A stretch of 57,088 nt of DNA from contig DASVDK010000379.1 in assembly GCA_036381125.1 (NCBI GenBank), positions 1 to 57,088 on the forward strand. The letters run 5' to 3'. This document shows positions 42,576 through 51,350 of this stretch, one piece after another; the stretch's first letter is position 1; every line of letters starts with the position of its first letter. The notes under the pieces were generated by a model. It was not told where the DNA came from, did no database searches, and saw only the letters and a list, made by a program, of their open reading frames with translations. The translations under genes were made by a program, and so were the position numbers. This DNA is from Thermodesulfobacteriota bacterium. Its GTDB lineage: Bacteria; DASVDK01.

Positions 42576-45056
42576 TCATTGCCGGATCTCTGCGCCGAGC
42601 GCCGATACGAGCCGCTGGGTCAGTCGTGTGTGCACCCGGTTGACCTCCTCGTCGGTGAGGGTCCGGTCGTCCGCCTGGTAGGTGATGGTCAGGCCGAGGC
42701 TGCGCTGGCCGGGGGGCACCGGCGGACCCTCGTACACGTCGAATACCGCCACGTCGCGCAGGAGCGGTTGCCGCTCGGCGCGTGCGAGCGCCACGACCTC
42801 GGCCGCCGGGCGGGCGGCGTCGAGGACGAGCGCGAGGTCGCGCTGCACGGCCGGAAAGCGCGGGATCGACCGGAAGGTGGGCCTGACCCCCGCGTGCGGC
42901 GCGAGCGCATCGAGCGACACCTCGATCAGGAAGACCGGCAGGCCCCCCAGGTCGAGCCGATCGGCGAGGTCGGGGTGCAGCGCCCCCACGCTGCCGACGA
43001 TCGTGGCCCCGCTGCCGTGACCGTTCGCCCCCTGGCGCCCCGGGCCCGCCTCGATCCACGCCGAGAGGCCGGGGTGCAGGTAGGGCGGCGCCGGCGGACG
43101 CGACCCGCCGGTGGGCGCCACGGCGAGGCCGGGCGCGCGCCACGCCTGCCCGAGCCGCTCGACGACGCCGGAGGCGTCGTAGAAGTCGGTCGGCTCCTCG
43201 CGCTGCTGCCAGGACCGCGGATGACGGGCCCCGACGAGGACGGCCGCCACCTGCGTCTCCTCGAGCGGCAGCTTCTCCCCCTCGCGCGGCAGGAACACCT
43301 TGCCGACCTCGAAGAGCCGGAGCCGCCGCGCCCCCTGCCGCAGGTTGTGCTCCACGGCGCCGAGCAGCCCGGGCACGAGCGTCGTGCGCATGACCGACAT
43401 CTCGACCGACAGCGGGTTGCGCAGCGCGATCGGCCGGCGCCGCACGTCGTCCTCGGGCAGGCCGAGGCGCTCGATGGCCGCCGGCGCGACGAAGGCGAAG
43501 GTGATGGCCTCGTCGAAGCCGCAGCCGACGAGCGCCGCGCGCGCCGCCGCCGCGAGCGACGCGGCCGCCCCGCGCTGGTCGGCCGCCGGGCGGACCTCGG
43601 GCAGGCGGTACGGGACGGCGTCGTATCCGTGGAGCCGAACCACCTCCTCGACGAGGTCCACGTCCTTGTCGAGGTCGACGCGGAAGGACGGCACCTCCAC
43701 CGTGAGCCGGTCCGGATCGGCCTCGCGCCGCACCGGCAGGTCGAGCCGCTCGAGGTACCCGGCCACGGCCTCGCGCGTCAGCGCCGGCTCGAAGCCGACG
43801 AAGCGGTTCAGCCTGGCCACCGACAGCCCCACGGTCCGGCGGGGCGGCCTGGCCACGTAGACGTCGGAGCGGTCCTCGCTCGCCCGCGCCCGCGCGGCAG
43901 GATCGGGCACGGCCAGCTCCGCGATGAGCGCGGTCGCCCGGTCGAGCGCCTCGAGGCAGCCCTCGGGATCGACGCGCCGCTCGAACCGGTAGGAGGCCTC
44001 GGTCGCGAGCCCGAGCCGCCGCGCGCCCCGCCGGACCACCGCCGGCGCGAAGGCGGCGCTCTCGAGGAACACCGCCCGCGTCGCGTCGGTCACCTCGGTC
44101 GGCTCGCCCCCCATGATGCCGGCGAGGGCGACGGCACCGCTCGCGTCGGCGATGACGAGCACCTCCGGGTCGAGCGTGCGGTCGACGCCGTCGAGCGTGC
44201 GCAGGCGCTCGCCGGGACGGGCCCGGCGCACCTCGATGCGCGGGCCGGCGAGGCGCTCCGCGTCGAAGGCGTGGAGCGGCTGTCCCAGCTCCAGCATGAC
44301 GTAGTTGGTCACGTCGACCAGCGCGTTGCGCGGCCGGACGCCGGCCGCCTCGAGCCGGCGCTGCATCCAGGCCGGCGAGGGCACGCTGGCGACGCCGTCG
44401 ATCCAGCGGCCCGCGTAGCGGGCGCAGTCGGCCGGATCGGCGATCGCGACCGGCACGCGGCCGGTGGTCGACGGCAACGGCGCGACCTCGCGCCGCACCA
44501 GCGCCGCCCCGGTCACCGCCGCCACCTCGCGCGCGACCCCGCGGATCGAGAGCAGGTCGGGGCGGTTCGGGTAGACCTTGACGACGAGCACCGCGTCGCC
44601 GAGCCCGAGGGCGTCGGCGAGCGGCGCGCCGAGCGGCGCATCGGGCGGCAGGATCAGGATGCCGGCGTGCTCGTCGCCGAGGCCGAGCTCGCGGGCCGAG
44701 CAGAGCATCCCCTCCGACACCTGACCGCGGATCTTCGAGCGCTTGATCTTCGCCCCGTTCGGCAGCACCGCCCCTTCGAGGGCGAGCGCCACCCGGTCGC
44801 CGGCACTCATGTTCGTGGCGCCGCAGACGATGGTCCGGGTGGCCCGGCCGTCGGTCACCTCGCAGAGCGAGAGGCGGTCGGCCTCGGGGTGGCGGCGGAC
44901 GGCCTCGATGCGCGCGACGACGACCTTCTCGAGCGTCGGCCCGACGGTCTCCACCCCTTCGACCTCGAGCCCGGCGTCGGTGAGGCGGCGGGCGATCTCG
45001 GCCGGCGGCAACGCGACCTCGACGAACTCGCGCAGCCAGGAGAGCGGAACGCGCAT
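42576..45056 (-). CDS. pheT: phenylalanine--tRNA ligase beta subunit
   Basis: 3' part of ORF 42576..45446, from ATG 45056 (MRVPLSWLREFV). 826 aa. The start overlaps the pheS stop by 1 nt. Confidence 0.95.
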   Translation of the reverse strand: MRVPLSWLREFVEVALPPAEIARRLTDAGLEVEGVETVGPTLEKVVVARIEAVRRHPEADRLSLCEVTDGRATRTIVCGATNMSAGDRVALALEGAVLPNGAKIKRSKIRGQVSEGMLCSARELGLGDEHAGILILPPDAPLGAPLADALGLGDAVLVVKVYPNRPDLLSIRGVAREVAAVTGAALVRREVAPLPSTTGRVPVAIADPADCARYAGRWIDGVASVPSPAWMQRRLEAAGVRPRNALVDVTNYVMLELGQPLHAFDAERLAGPRIEVRRARPGERLRTLDGVDRTLDPEVLVIADASGAVALAGIMGGEPTEVTDATRAVFLESAAFAPAVVRRGARRLGLATEASYRFERRVDPEGCLEALDRATALIAELAVPDPAARARASEDRSDVYVARPPRRTVGLSVARLNRFVGFEPALTREAVAGYLERLDLPVRREADPDRLTVEVPSFRVDLDKDVDLVEEVVRLHGYDAVPYRLPEVRPAADQRGAAASLAAAARAALVGCGFDEAITFAFVAPAAIERLGLPEDDVRRRPIALRNPLSVEMSVMRTTLVPGLLGAVEHNLRQGARRLRLFEVGKVFLPREGEKLPLEETQVAAVLVGARHPRSWQQREEPTDFYDASGVVERLGQAWRAPGLAVAPTGGSRPPAPPYLHPGLSAWIEAGPGRQGANGHGSGATIVGSVGALHPDLADRLDLGGLPVFLIEVSLDALAPHAGVRPTFRSIPRFPAVQRDLALVLDAARPAAEVVALARAERQPLLRDVAVFDVYEGPPVPPGQRSLGLTITYQADDRTLTDEEVNRVHTRLTQRLVSALGAEIRQ

Positions 45057-46087
45057 CAGAACTGCCCCAGGAAGCGGACGTCGTTCTCGAAGAAGAGCCG
45101 GAGGTCGTTGATGCCGTACTTCAGCATCGCGACCCGCTCCATCCCCATGCCGAAGGCGAAGCCCGAGAGCTTCTCCGGGTCGTACCCGACGAAGCCGTAG
45201 ACGTTGGGGTTCACCATGCCGGAGCCGAGGATCTCGAGCCACCCGCTCTGGCCGCAGACCCGACACCCGGAGCCGCGGCACTCGACGCACTGGATGTCCA
45301 TCTCCGCCGACGGTTCGGTGAAGGGGAAGAAGGACGGCCGGAAGCGAGTCCGGATGCCGGAGCCGAACATCTCCCGGGCGAACGCGTGGAGCGTCCCCTT
45401 CAGGTCGGCGAAGGACACCCCCTCGTCCACCAGGAGCCCCTCGCACTGGTGGAACATCGGCGAGTGCGTGGCGTCGTAGTCGCTGCGGTAGACGCGGCCG
45501 GGGACGACGACCGCCACCGGCGGCTTCTGCCGCTCCATGACCCGCGCCTGCATCGGTGACGTGTGCGTCCGCAGGAGCACCTCGTCGTCGATCCAGAAGG
45601 TGTCCTGCATGTCCCGCGCGGGGTGGTCCCTGGGGAAGTTGAGCGCGGTGAAGTTGTAGTAGTCGAGCTCGACCTCCGGCCCCTCGGCCACGCCGAAGCC
45701 GAACGACCGGAAGATGGCCACCACCTCGTCGATCGTCCGGCTGACGAGGTGCACGTGGCCGAGCTCCGGCTGCCGGCCGGGGAGCGTCACGTCGATCCGC
45801 CCCCGCTCGAGCGCGGCCCTTCGCTCGGCCTCGCGCGCCTGCGCGAGCCTCGCCTCGACCCCCGTCTCGATCGCCGCCTTGATCTCGTTCAGCCGGGCGC
45901 CGAGGATGGGGCGGGCCGCGGCGGCGGCGGCCCCGAGGCCCTTGAAGAGCTCCGTGACGACCCCCTTGCGCCCGAGGTACTTGACGCGGACCGCCTGCGC
46001 CGCGTCGGCCGTGCCGGCCGCCTCGAGGTCGCGCGCGGCGTCGGCCGCTACCCGATCGAGCGTCGCCTGGTCGAGCACCCGGGACAT
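45056..46087 (-). CDS. pheS: phenylalanine--tRNA ligase alpha subunit
   Basis: ORF 45056..46087. HPARDMQDTFW, RTHTSPMQ, FRPSFFPFTEPS, GSGMVNPNV. Confidence 0.95.
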   Translation of the reverse strand: MSRVLDQATLDRVAADAARDLEAAGTADAAQAVRVKYLGRKGVVTELFKGLGAAAAAARPILGARLNEIKAAIETGVEARLAQAREAERRAALERGRIDVTLPGRQPELGHVHLVSRTIDEVVAIFRSFGFGVAEGPEVELDYYNFTALNFPRDHPARDMQDTFWIDDEVLLRTHTSPMQARVMERQKPPVAVVVPGRVYRSDYDATHSPMFHQCEGLLVDEGVSFADLKGTLHAFAREMFGSGIRTRFRPSFFPFTEPSAEMDIQCVECRGSGCRVCGQSGWLEILGSGMVNPNVYGFVGYDPEKLSGFAFGMGMERVAMLKYGINDLRLFFENDVRFLGQF

Positions 46088-46096
46088 GCGGGCGCC

Positions 46097-46474
46097 CTAC
46101 GCCCCCGCGGCCGCCCGCGCCGGCAGGCTCTTCCGGGCCGTCTCGACGAGGCGGCCGAACGCCGCCGGATCGCTCACCGCCAGGTCGGCGAGGACCTTGC
46201 GGTCGACCTCGACGCCCGCCGCCCCGAGGCCGCGCATGAGCTGGCTGTAGGAGACGTCGTGGGCTCGCGCGGCGGCGTTGATGCGCACGATCCAGAGCCG
46301 GCGGAAGTCGCGCTTGCGCGCCTTGCGGTCCCGGAAGGCGTAGTTGAACGCCCGGCCGAGCGCTTCCTGCGCGACCTTGTTGATCTTCTTCTTGCTGCCG
46401 ACGAACCCCTTGACGCGCTTGAACAGCTTGCGGCGCTTCTTGCGGGCGTTGACGGCCCTCTTGACACGCGGCAT
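46097..46474 (-). CDS. rplT: 50S ribosomal protein L20
   Basis: ORF 46097..46507, from ATG 46474 (MPRVKRAVNARKKRRK...AFRDRKARKRDFRRLWIVRINAA). Confidence 0.95.
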   Translation of the reverse strand: MPRVKRAVNARKKRRKLFKRVKGFVGSKKKINKVAQEALGRAFNYAFRDRKARKRDFRRLWIVRINAAARAHDVSYSQLMRGLGAAGVEVDRKVLADLAVSDPAAFGRLVETARKSLPARAAAGA

Positions 46475-46570
46475 GGATTGACCTCTCGACCTTTCCGTCC
46501 GAGCCACCAGACGCCTTGCGGACGGGCGCAGTTGGCCGGCTCGATCTCGCCCCCAGGGCGGCTCGGCCCG

Positions 46571-46780
46571 CTAGTTCATCTTGTCCAGGTACGGGGCGAG
46601 CTGCATGATCCGCTTCTGGTCCGCCTTGCTGACCAGCGCGGGGAGCCGCTTCTTGCGCTTGCCTCCGCGCGCCTCCCCGGTCAGGAGATGACTCTTGCCG
46701 ACCCTGCGGCGGCGGATCTTGCCCCCACCGGTGGCCTTCAGGCGCTTCACGACGCCCCGGTTGCTCTTGAGCTTCGGCAT
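46571..46780 (-). CDS. rpmI: 50S ribosomal protein L35
   Basis: ORF 46571..46780 (MPKLKSNRGVVKRLKATGGGKIRRRRVGKSHLL). Confidence 0.95.
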   Translation of the reverse strand: MPKLKSNRGVVKRLKATGGGKIRRRRVGKSHLLTGEARGGKRKKRLPALVSKADQKRIMQLAPYLDKMN

Positions 46781-46799
46781 GCTCTCGGTGTCCCCTCGT

Positions 46800-47315
46800 T
46801 CAGTTCTTCGGCGCGACGATCATCGAGATCGCCCGGCCCTCCATTCGTGGCGACTGCTCGATCGTCGCCAGCCCCTGCAGCTCGTTCGTGACCCGATCGA
46901 GCATCCGCCGCCCGAACTCGGGGTGCGCCATCTCGCGTCCCCGGAAGACGACCGTGATCTTCGTCTTGTTCCCCTCTTCGAGGAACCGCTTCACGTTCTT
47001 CAGCTTGAAGTCGAAGTCGTGCTCGTCCGTCTTGGGCCGCATCTTCACTTCCTTGATGGACACCACGGTCTGCTTCTTCCGAGCTTCCTGGGCCTTCTTG
47101 GACTGCTCGTACTTGTACTTCCCGTAGTCCATGATGCGGCAGACCGGCGGTCTGGCCGTCGGCGACACCTCGACGAGATCGAGCTCCTGGCTCTCGGCCA
47201 GGCGAAGGGCCTCGGCGATGGGCATGATGCCCACCTGCTGGCCGTTCGAGTCGATCACCCGCACCTCCGGGGCGCGGATCTTCCGGTTGACGTTGATCTC
47301 TCTGCTATGCGAGAT
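46800..47315 (-). CDS. infC: translation initiation factor IF-3 (probable non-canonical ATC start)
   Basis: 3' part of ORF 46800..48212. INVNRKIRAPEVRVIDSNGQQVGIM...PPVCRIMDYGKYKYE. There is no ATG/GTG/TTG in frame between the AAGGAGGGGG Shine-Dalgarno and the conserved N-terminus. ATC (47315-47313) lies 4 nt after the SD. Confidence 0.8.
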   Translation of the reverse strand: MSHSREINVNRKIRAPEVRVIDSNGQQVGIMPIAEALRLAESQELDLVEVSPTARPPVCRIMDYGKYKYEQSKKAQEARKKQTVVSIKEVKMRPKTDEHDFDFKLKNVKRFLEEGNKTKITVVFRGREMAHPEFGRRMLDRVTNELQGLATIEQSPRMEGRAISMIVAPKN

Positions 47316-47338
47316 GGAACCCCCTCCTTGTGCTGCGG

Positions 47339-49117
47339 TTAATCTTGCCCTGCGGGCGGCGTCGGATCGGGCGCCGCCGCCTCGCGTGCGAATCGGGCGA
47401 TGAAGGCGTCGAGCGGCTCGGCGGGCATCGCCTCCCCGCCGCGACCGCGCGGCGCCACGAGGCCGGCCTCGGCCTCCTTCTTGCCGACGACCAGCCCGTA
47501 CGGCACCTTCTGCACCTGCGCCTCGCGGATCTTGTAGCCGAGCTTCTCGTCCCGCTCGTCCACCTCGACCCGGAAGCCGGCCGCGCGCAGGCGCGCCGCC
47601 ACGTCGTTCGCGTAGCCGTGCACCTCGCGCGAGATCGGCAGCACCACGAGCTGCACCGGCGCGAGCCAGGCCGGGAAGGCGCCGCCGTAGTGCTCCACGA
47701 GGATGCCGAAGAAGCGCTCGAGGGAGCCCAGCAGCGCCCGGTGGATCATGTACGGCCGGTGCGGCTTGCCGTCCTCCCCGATGTACTCCATGCCGAACCG
47801 CTCGGGCTCGTTGAAGTCGAACTGGATCGTCGAGCACTGCCAGGCGCGGCCGAGCGAGTCCTTGATCTTGAGGTCGATCTTGGGCCCGTAGAAGGCCCCG
47901 CCCCCCTCGTCGACCACGTAGGCGAGCCCGCGCGCCTCGACGGCCGCGCGGAGCGCGGCGGTCGCCGCCGCCCAGGCCTCCTCCGACCCGGTCGCCTTCT
48001 CGGGCCGGGTCGCGAGGTTCACCTCGAACTCCTCGAAGCCGAACGAGCGGAGGATGAAGAGCGTGAAGTCCAGCACCCGCCGGATCTCCGCCTCCATCTG
48101 GTCCGGCCGGCAGAAGAGGTGCGCGTCGTCCTGCGTGAAGCCGCGCACCCTGAGCAGGCCGTGCAGCACCCCGCTCCGCTCGTACCGGTACACCGTCCCG
48201 AGCTCGGCCCACCGGAACGGCAGCTCGCGGTACGACCGCTGCCGGGTCATGTAGATCTCGATGTGGAAGGGGCAGTTCATCGGCTTGAGCTGATACTCGG
48301 TCCCTTCCACCGAGAGCGGGCCGAACATGTTCTCCGCGAAGAAGTCGAGGTGCCCGCTCGTCCGCCAGAGCTGCCGGTTGGCGATGTGCGGCGTGTAGAC
48401 GATGTCGTAGCCGCCCCGCAGGTGGGCTTCTCGCCAGAAGTCCTCGATCAGCTTGCGGACGAGCCCCCCCTTCGGGTGCCAGAGGATGAGCCCCGGGCCG
48501 ACCTCCTCGTTCACGCTGAAGAGGTCGAGCTCGCGGCCGAGCTTGCGGTGATCGCGCCGCTTCGCCTCCTCGATCCTCGCGAGGTAGGCGTCGAGCTCCT
48601 CCTGGGTGTGCCAGGCGGTCCCGTACACCCGCTGGAGCATCTTGTTGCGCTCGTCGCCCCGCCAGTAGGCGCCGGCCAGGCCGGTGAGCTTCACGGCCGG
48701 GATCTGGCCGGTCGACTCGACGTGCCCCCCGCGGCAGAGGTCGGTGAACTCCCCCTGCGTGTAGTGGTAGAGCGGCTCGCCCTCCGGGATGCTCTCGATG
48801 ATCTCGACCTTGTACGCCTCGTTGCGCGCCCGCCAGTACCGCAGCGCCTCGTCGCGCGACACCTGGCGGCCCTGGATCGGCAGGTCCTCCTCGATGATCT
48901 GCTTCATCACCTGCTCGACCTTCTCCAGGTCGTCGGGCGTCAGCGGGACGGCGGGGTCGACGTCGTAGTAGAAGCCGTTGTCGATCGTCGGACCGATGGC
49001 GATCTTCACCCGGTCGTCGCCAAAGATCCGCTTGAGCGCCTGCGCCGTCACGTGAGCGGCGCTGTGCCGGATGGCGTCCAGCGAGTGGCCGTTGGCCCCC
49101 TCAGGAGACTTGGACAT
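47339..49117 (-). CDS. thrS: threonine--tRNA ligase (no N-terminal TGS domain)
   Basis: ORF 47339..49147. ATG 49117 was chosen (MSKSPEGANGHSLDAIRHSAAHV...); the alternatives ATG 49132 and GTG 49147 lie at or inside the upstream hairpin. The editing-domain motif RHSAAH and the class II core (FHIEIY, RVRGFTQDDAH, GAFYGPKID) are present. Confidence 0.9.
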   Translation of the reverse strand: MSKSPEGANGHSLDAIRHSAAHVTAQALKRIFGDDRVKIAIGPTIDNGFYYDVDPAVPLTPDDLEKVEQVMKQIIEEDLPIQGRQVSRDEALRYWRARNEAYKVEIIESIPEGEPLYHYTQGEFTDLCRGGHVESTGQIPAVKLTGLAGAYWRGDERNKMLQRVYGTAWHTQEELDAYLARIEEAKRRDHRKLGRELDLFSVNEEVGPGLILWHPKGGLVRKLIEDFWREAHLRGGYDIVYTPHIANRQLWRTSGHLDFFAENMFGPLSVEGTEYQLKPMNCPFHIEIYMTRQRSYRELPFRWAELGTVYRYERSGVLHGLLRVRGFTQDDAHLFCRPDQMEAEIRRVLDFTLFILRSFGFEEFEVNLATRPEKATGSEEAWAAATAALRAAVEARGLAYVVDEGGGAFYGPKIDLKIKDSLGRAWQCSTIQFDFNEPERFGMEYIGEDGKPHRPYMIHRALLGSLERFFGILVEHYGGAFPAWLAPVQLVVLPISREVHGYANDVAARLRAAGFRVEVDERDEKLGYKIREAQVQKVPYGLVVGKKEAEAGLVAPRGRGGEAMPAEPLDAFIARFAREAAAPDPTPPAGQD

Positions 49118-49133
49118 CGGTCCCGTAAACATG

Positions 49134-49177
49134 AGAAGAGGCACCACCCGGGACGATCGCGGGGTGGTGCCTCTTCT
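49134..49177 (-). promoter_or_regulatory. perfect 16-bp stem hairpin between tRNA-Val and thrS (terminator, attenuator or operator)
   Basis: AGAAGAGGCACCACCC (49134-49149) pairs with GGGTGGTGCCTCTTCT (49162-49177) across a 12-nt loop. On the minus-sense RNA it is followed by CAUGUUU and then the thrS start 17 nt downstream. Confidence 0.5.
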
Positions 49178-49192
49178 GACTCCCTCGTGAAG

Positions 49193-49269
49193 TGGTGGGC
49201 GCTGCTGGAATCGAACCAGCGACCTCTACCATGTCAAAGTAGCACTCTAACCAACTGAGCTAAGCGCCC
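49193..49269 (-). tRNA. tRNA-Val (anticodon GAC), CCA encoded
   Basis: The reverse complement is GGGCGCTTAGCTCAGTTGGTTAGAGTGCTACTTTGACATGGTAGAGGTCGCTGGTTCGATTCCAGCAGCGCCCACCA. The anticodon loop is TTGACAT. Confidence 0.95.
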
Positions 49270-49281
49270 ATAAACGTTACA

Positions 49282-49311
49282 TATTTAGCAAACGCCCCCT
49301 GGCGGCGTCAA
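49282..49311 (-). promoter_or_regulatory. sigma-70-like promoter candidate for tRNA-Val (and possibly thrS-infC...)
   Basis: The minus strand reads TTGACG (49311-49306), an 18-nt spacer, then TAAATA (49287-49282), in the most AT-rich patch of the region. The -10 element ends 12 nt before the tRNA 5' end. Confidence 0.4.
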
Positions 49312-49434
49312 GCCTGCCGGACCGGCCGCCCCCTGGGATCGCCGGCGGCGTTCGCCCGGGGGCCGGCAACGCCGGAACCCCGCGCCGTACCTCGCGAAAG
49401 GTGATGTCGAGCCTAACGACCGCACCGGGCCTTG

Positions 49435-50811
49435 TCAAGAATACTGTTGGCGTTTCCGCCCCTTGAGCGTGTCGACCACGCCGCGGGGGGTCGCCGGCAC
49501 GGCAAGCGCGGGGGCGCCGAGCCGGTCTCCCAGGTCCTCGAGCCGCAGGTCGTCCAGGAAGACCGGGTCGTCGGCCTTGAGCATCACGTCGGGGACCAGG
49601 ACGAGGTCCCCCTCCCCGAACGGCCCGGCGGCCGCCAGGTGGTCGAGCACGTCCTGGCCGGTGAGGAGGCCGGCGACCCGGATGGCCGCGCCGTAGAAGC
49701 GGTTCTCCGCCGCCTCGACGCGCATCGGCACGCCCCAGGCCTCGCCGAGCGCGTCGAAGAAGGGCCGGATCACCGGTCCGGCCAGGACGCCCGTGACGGC
49801 GGTGACCCGCCTCACCCGGCCGGCGATCGGCCCGGTCCCCGGCCGGCCGGTGCGCCGGGCCGCCCGGAGGACCGACTCGGCCTCCGCCCGGAACTGCGCC
49901 ACCATCCCCACCCCGTTGCCGACCTGCGGCAGGTCGTCGTAGGCCTCGAGCGGCGGCACCGGCAGGCCGGCCATGAGGTACCACTCGTCGCCGCCGTAGA
50001 CGAAACGGACCCCGAACCGCTCGAGGAAGGCCGGCTGCCGCGCGTCGAGCCAGGCGACCAGGTCGCGCGCGTAGGCGGGCGTCACCGGCGTCATGGCCGG
50101 CAGGTTGTCGCGGTAGCGCGTGAGGCCGAGCGGCACGACCGCCACGCTCGCGACCCCCGGGTAGAGCCCGGCCAGGTCGGCGACCGTCCGCTCGAGGTGC
50201 ACGCCGTCGTTCCAGCCGGGGCAGAGGACGACCTGGGCGTGCACGGTGATCTTCCACTCGAGGAGCTGGTGGAGCCGCTCCATGAGGTTGTCGGGCCGGT
50301 CCCTGCGCCCGAGGAGCCGGCGGCGCAGCTCGGCGTCGGTCGTGTGGACCGACACGTAGAGCGGCGTGAGCCGCATGTCGCGGATCCGCTCGAGGTCGCG
50401 ACGCGAGAGGTTCGTCAGCGTGACGAAGTGCCCGTCCAGGAAGGAAAGCCGGTAGTCCTCGTCCTTGATGTAGAGGCCGGGCCGCATGCCCGGCGGGTTC
50501 TGGTGCACGAAGCAGAAGACGCAGTCGTTGCCGCACTCGCGGGGCTGGATGGCCTCGAAGCGCAGGCCGAGCCGCTCGCCCGGCTCGCGCTCGATGTCGA
50601 CCTCCCAGGTCTCCCCGTCGGCCCGCCGCACCAGGAGCGTGAGGGCCGGGTCGTCGGCCGCGTACTGGTAGTCGAGCACGTCGACCGCCGGCCTGCCGTT
50701 GATGCCGGTGATCACGTCGCCGGGCGCGAGCCCCACGGCGGCGGCGATGCTCCCCGGCTCCACGTCGACGACCGGCAGGCCGCGCCTGACCTTGAGGGGG
50801 CGTCTCATCAT
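49435..50811 (-). CDS. PDZ domain / radical-SAM-like protein (DUF512 family)
   Basis: ORF 49435..50901, from ATG 50811 (ATGA overlap with the pgsA stop). A PDZ-like N-terminus (VEPGSIAAAVGLAPGDVITGINGRP), then CGNDCVFCF (CxxxCxxC). Confidence 0.85.
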   Translation of the reverse strand: MMRRPLKVRRGLPVVDVEPGSIAAAVGLAPGDVITGINGRPAVDVLDYQYAADDPALTLLVRRADGETWEVDIEREPGERLGLRFEAIQPRECGNDCVFCFVHQNPPGMRPGLYIKDEDYRLSFLDGHFVTLTNLSRRDLERIRDMRLTPLYVSVHTTDAELRRRLLGRRDRPDNLMERLHQLLEWKITVHAQVVLCPGWNDGVHLERTVADLAGLYPGVASVAVVPLGLTRYRDNLPAMTPVTPAYARDLVAWLDARQPAFLERFGVRFVYGGDEWYLMAGLPVPPLEAYDDLPQVGNGVGMVAQFRAEAESVLRAARRTGRPGTGPIAGRVRRVTAVTGVLAGPVIRPFFDALGEAWGVPMRVEAAENRFYGAAIRVAGLLTGQDVLDHLAAAGPFGEGDLVLVPDVMLKADDPVFLDDLRLEDLGDRLGAPALAVPATPRGVVDTLKGRKRQQYS

Positions 50812-51350
50812 GCCTTCGACCCGCGGAGCTGCGCGAGGCCGCGCCGGAAGTAGTCGAGCCCCGAGGCGACCGTCACGGCCGCCACCGCGACGTAGGTCCA
50901 TCCGGGAACGGCCGGCCCGGGGTGCGTGACGCTCGGCGCGCTCCAGAGGGCCGCCACCACGAGGGCGAGCTGCAGCACCGTGGTCGCCTTGCCGAGAAGG
51001 CTCGGCCGTACCGGCAGCCGGCGCCCGAGACCGTAGGCGGTCCAGTAGGCGCCCGACAGGACGAGGTCCCGGACGAAGACCACGGCGAGGAACCAGGGGG
51101 GTACGCGGCCCACCCAGGCGAGCGTCGCGAGCGCGGTCACGACGAGCAGCTTGTCGGCCGCCGGGTCGAGCGTGGCGCCGAGCGCCGTGCGCTGGTCGAG
51201 CAGCCTGGCGAGCATGCCGTCCACGGCGTCGCTCACGGCCGCGGCGGCGAAGGCGACGAGCGCCGCCCCGTAGCGCTCCTGGACGACGAGCCAGCCGATG
51301 AACGGCACCGCGAGGAGACGGGCGAGCGTGATCGCGTTCGGAAGGTTCAT
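50808..51350 (-). CDS. pgsA: CDP-diacylglycerol--glycerol-3-phosphate 3-phosphatidyltransferase (CDP-alcohol phosphatidyltransferase family)
   Basis: ORF 50808..51350. NAITLARLL, SDAVDGMLARLLDQRTALGATLDPAADKLLV (the DG-x2-AR...G-x3-D-x3-D motif). Confidence 0.85.
   Translation of the reverse strand: MNLPNAITLARLLAVPFIGWLVVQERYGAALVAFAAAAVSDAVDGMLARLLDQRTALGATLDPAADKLLVVTALATLAWVGRVPPWFLAVVFVRDLVLSGAYWTAYGLGRRLPVRPSLLGKATTVLQLALVVAALWSAPSVTHPGPAVPGWTYVAVAAVTVASGLDYFRRGLAQLRGSKA

Noticed and set aside
46475-46570. The 96-nt rpmI-rplT spacer with several short complementary segments, considered as a possible L20-binding regulatory structure
   Set aside because: The stems I can draw by eye are short (6-7 bp) and are expected by chance at this GC content. 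In the characterised systems, the L20 operator lies upstream of rpmI or infC, not here.
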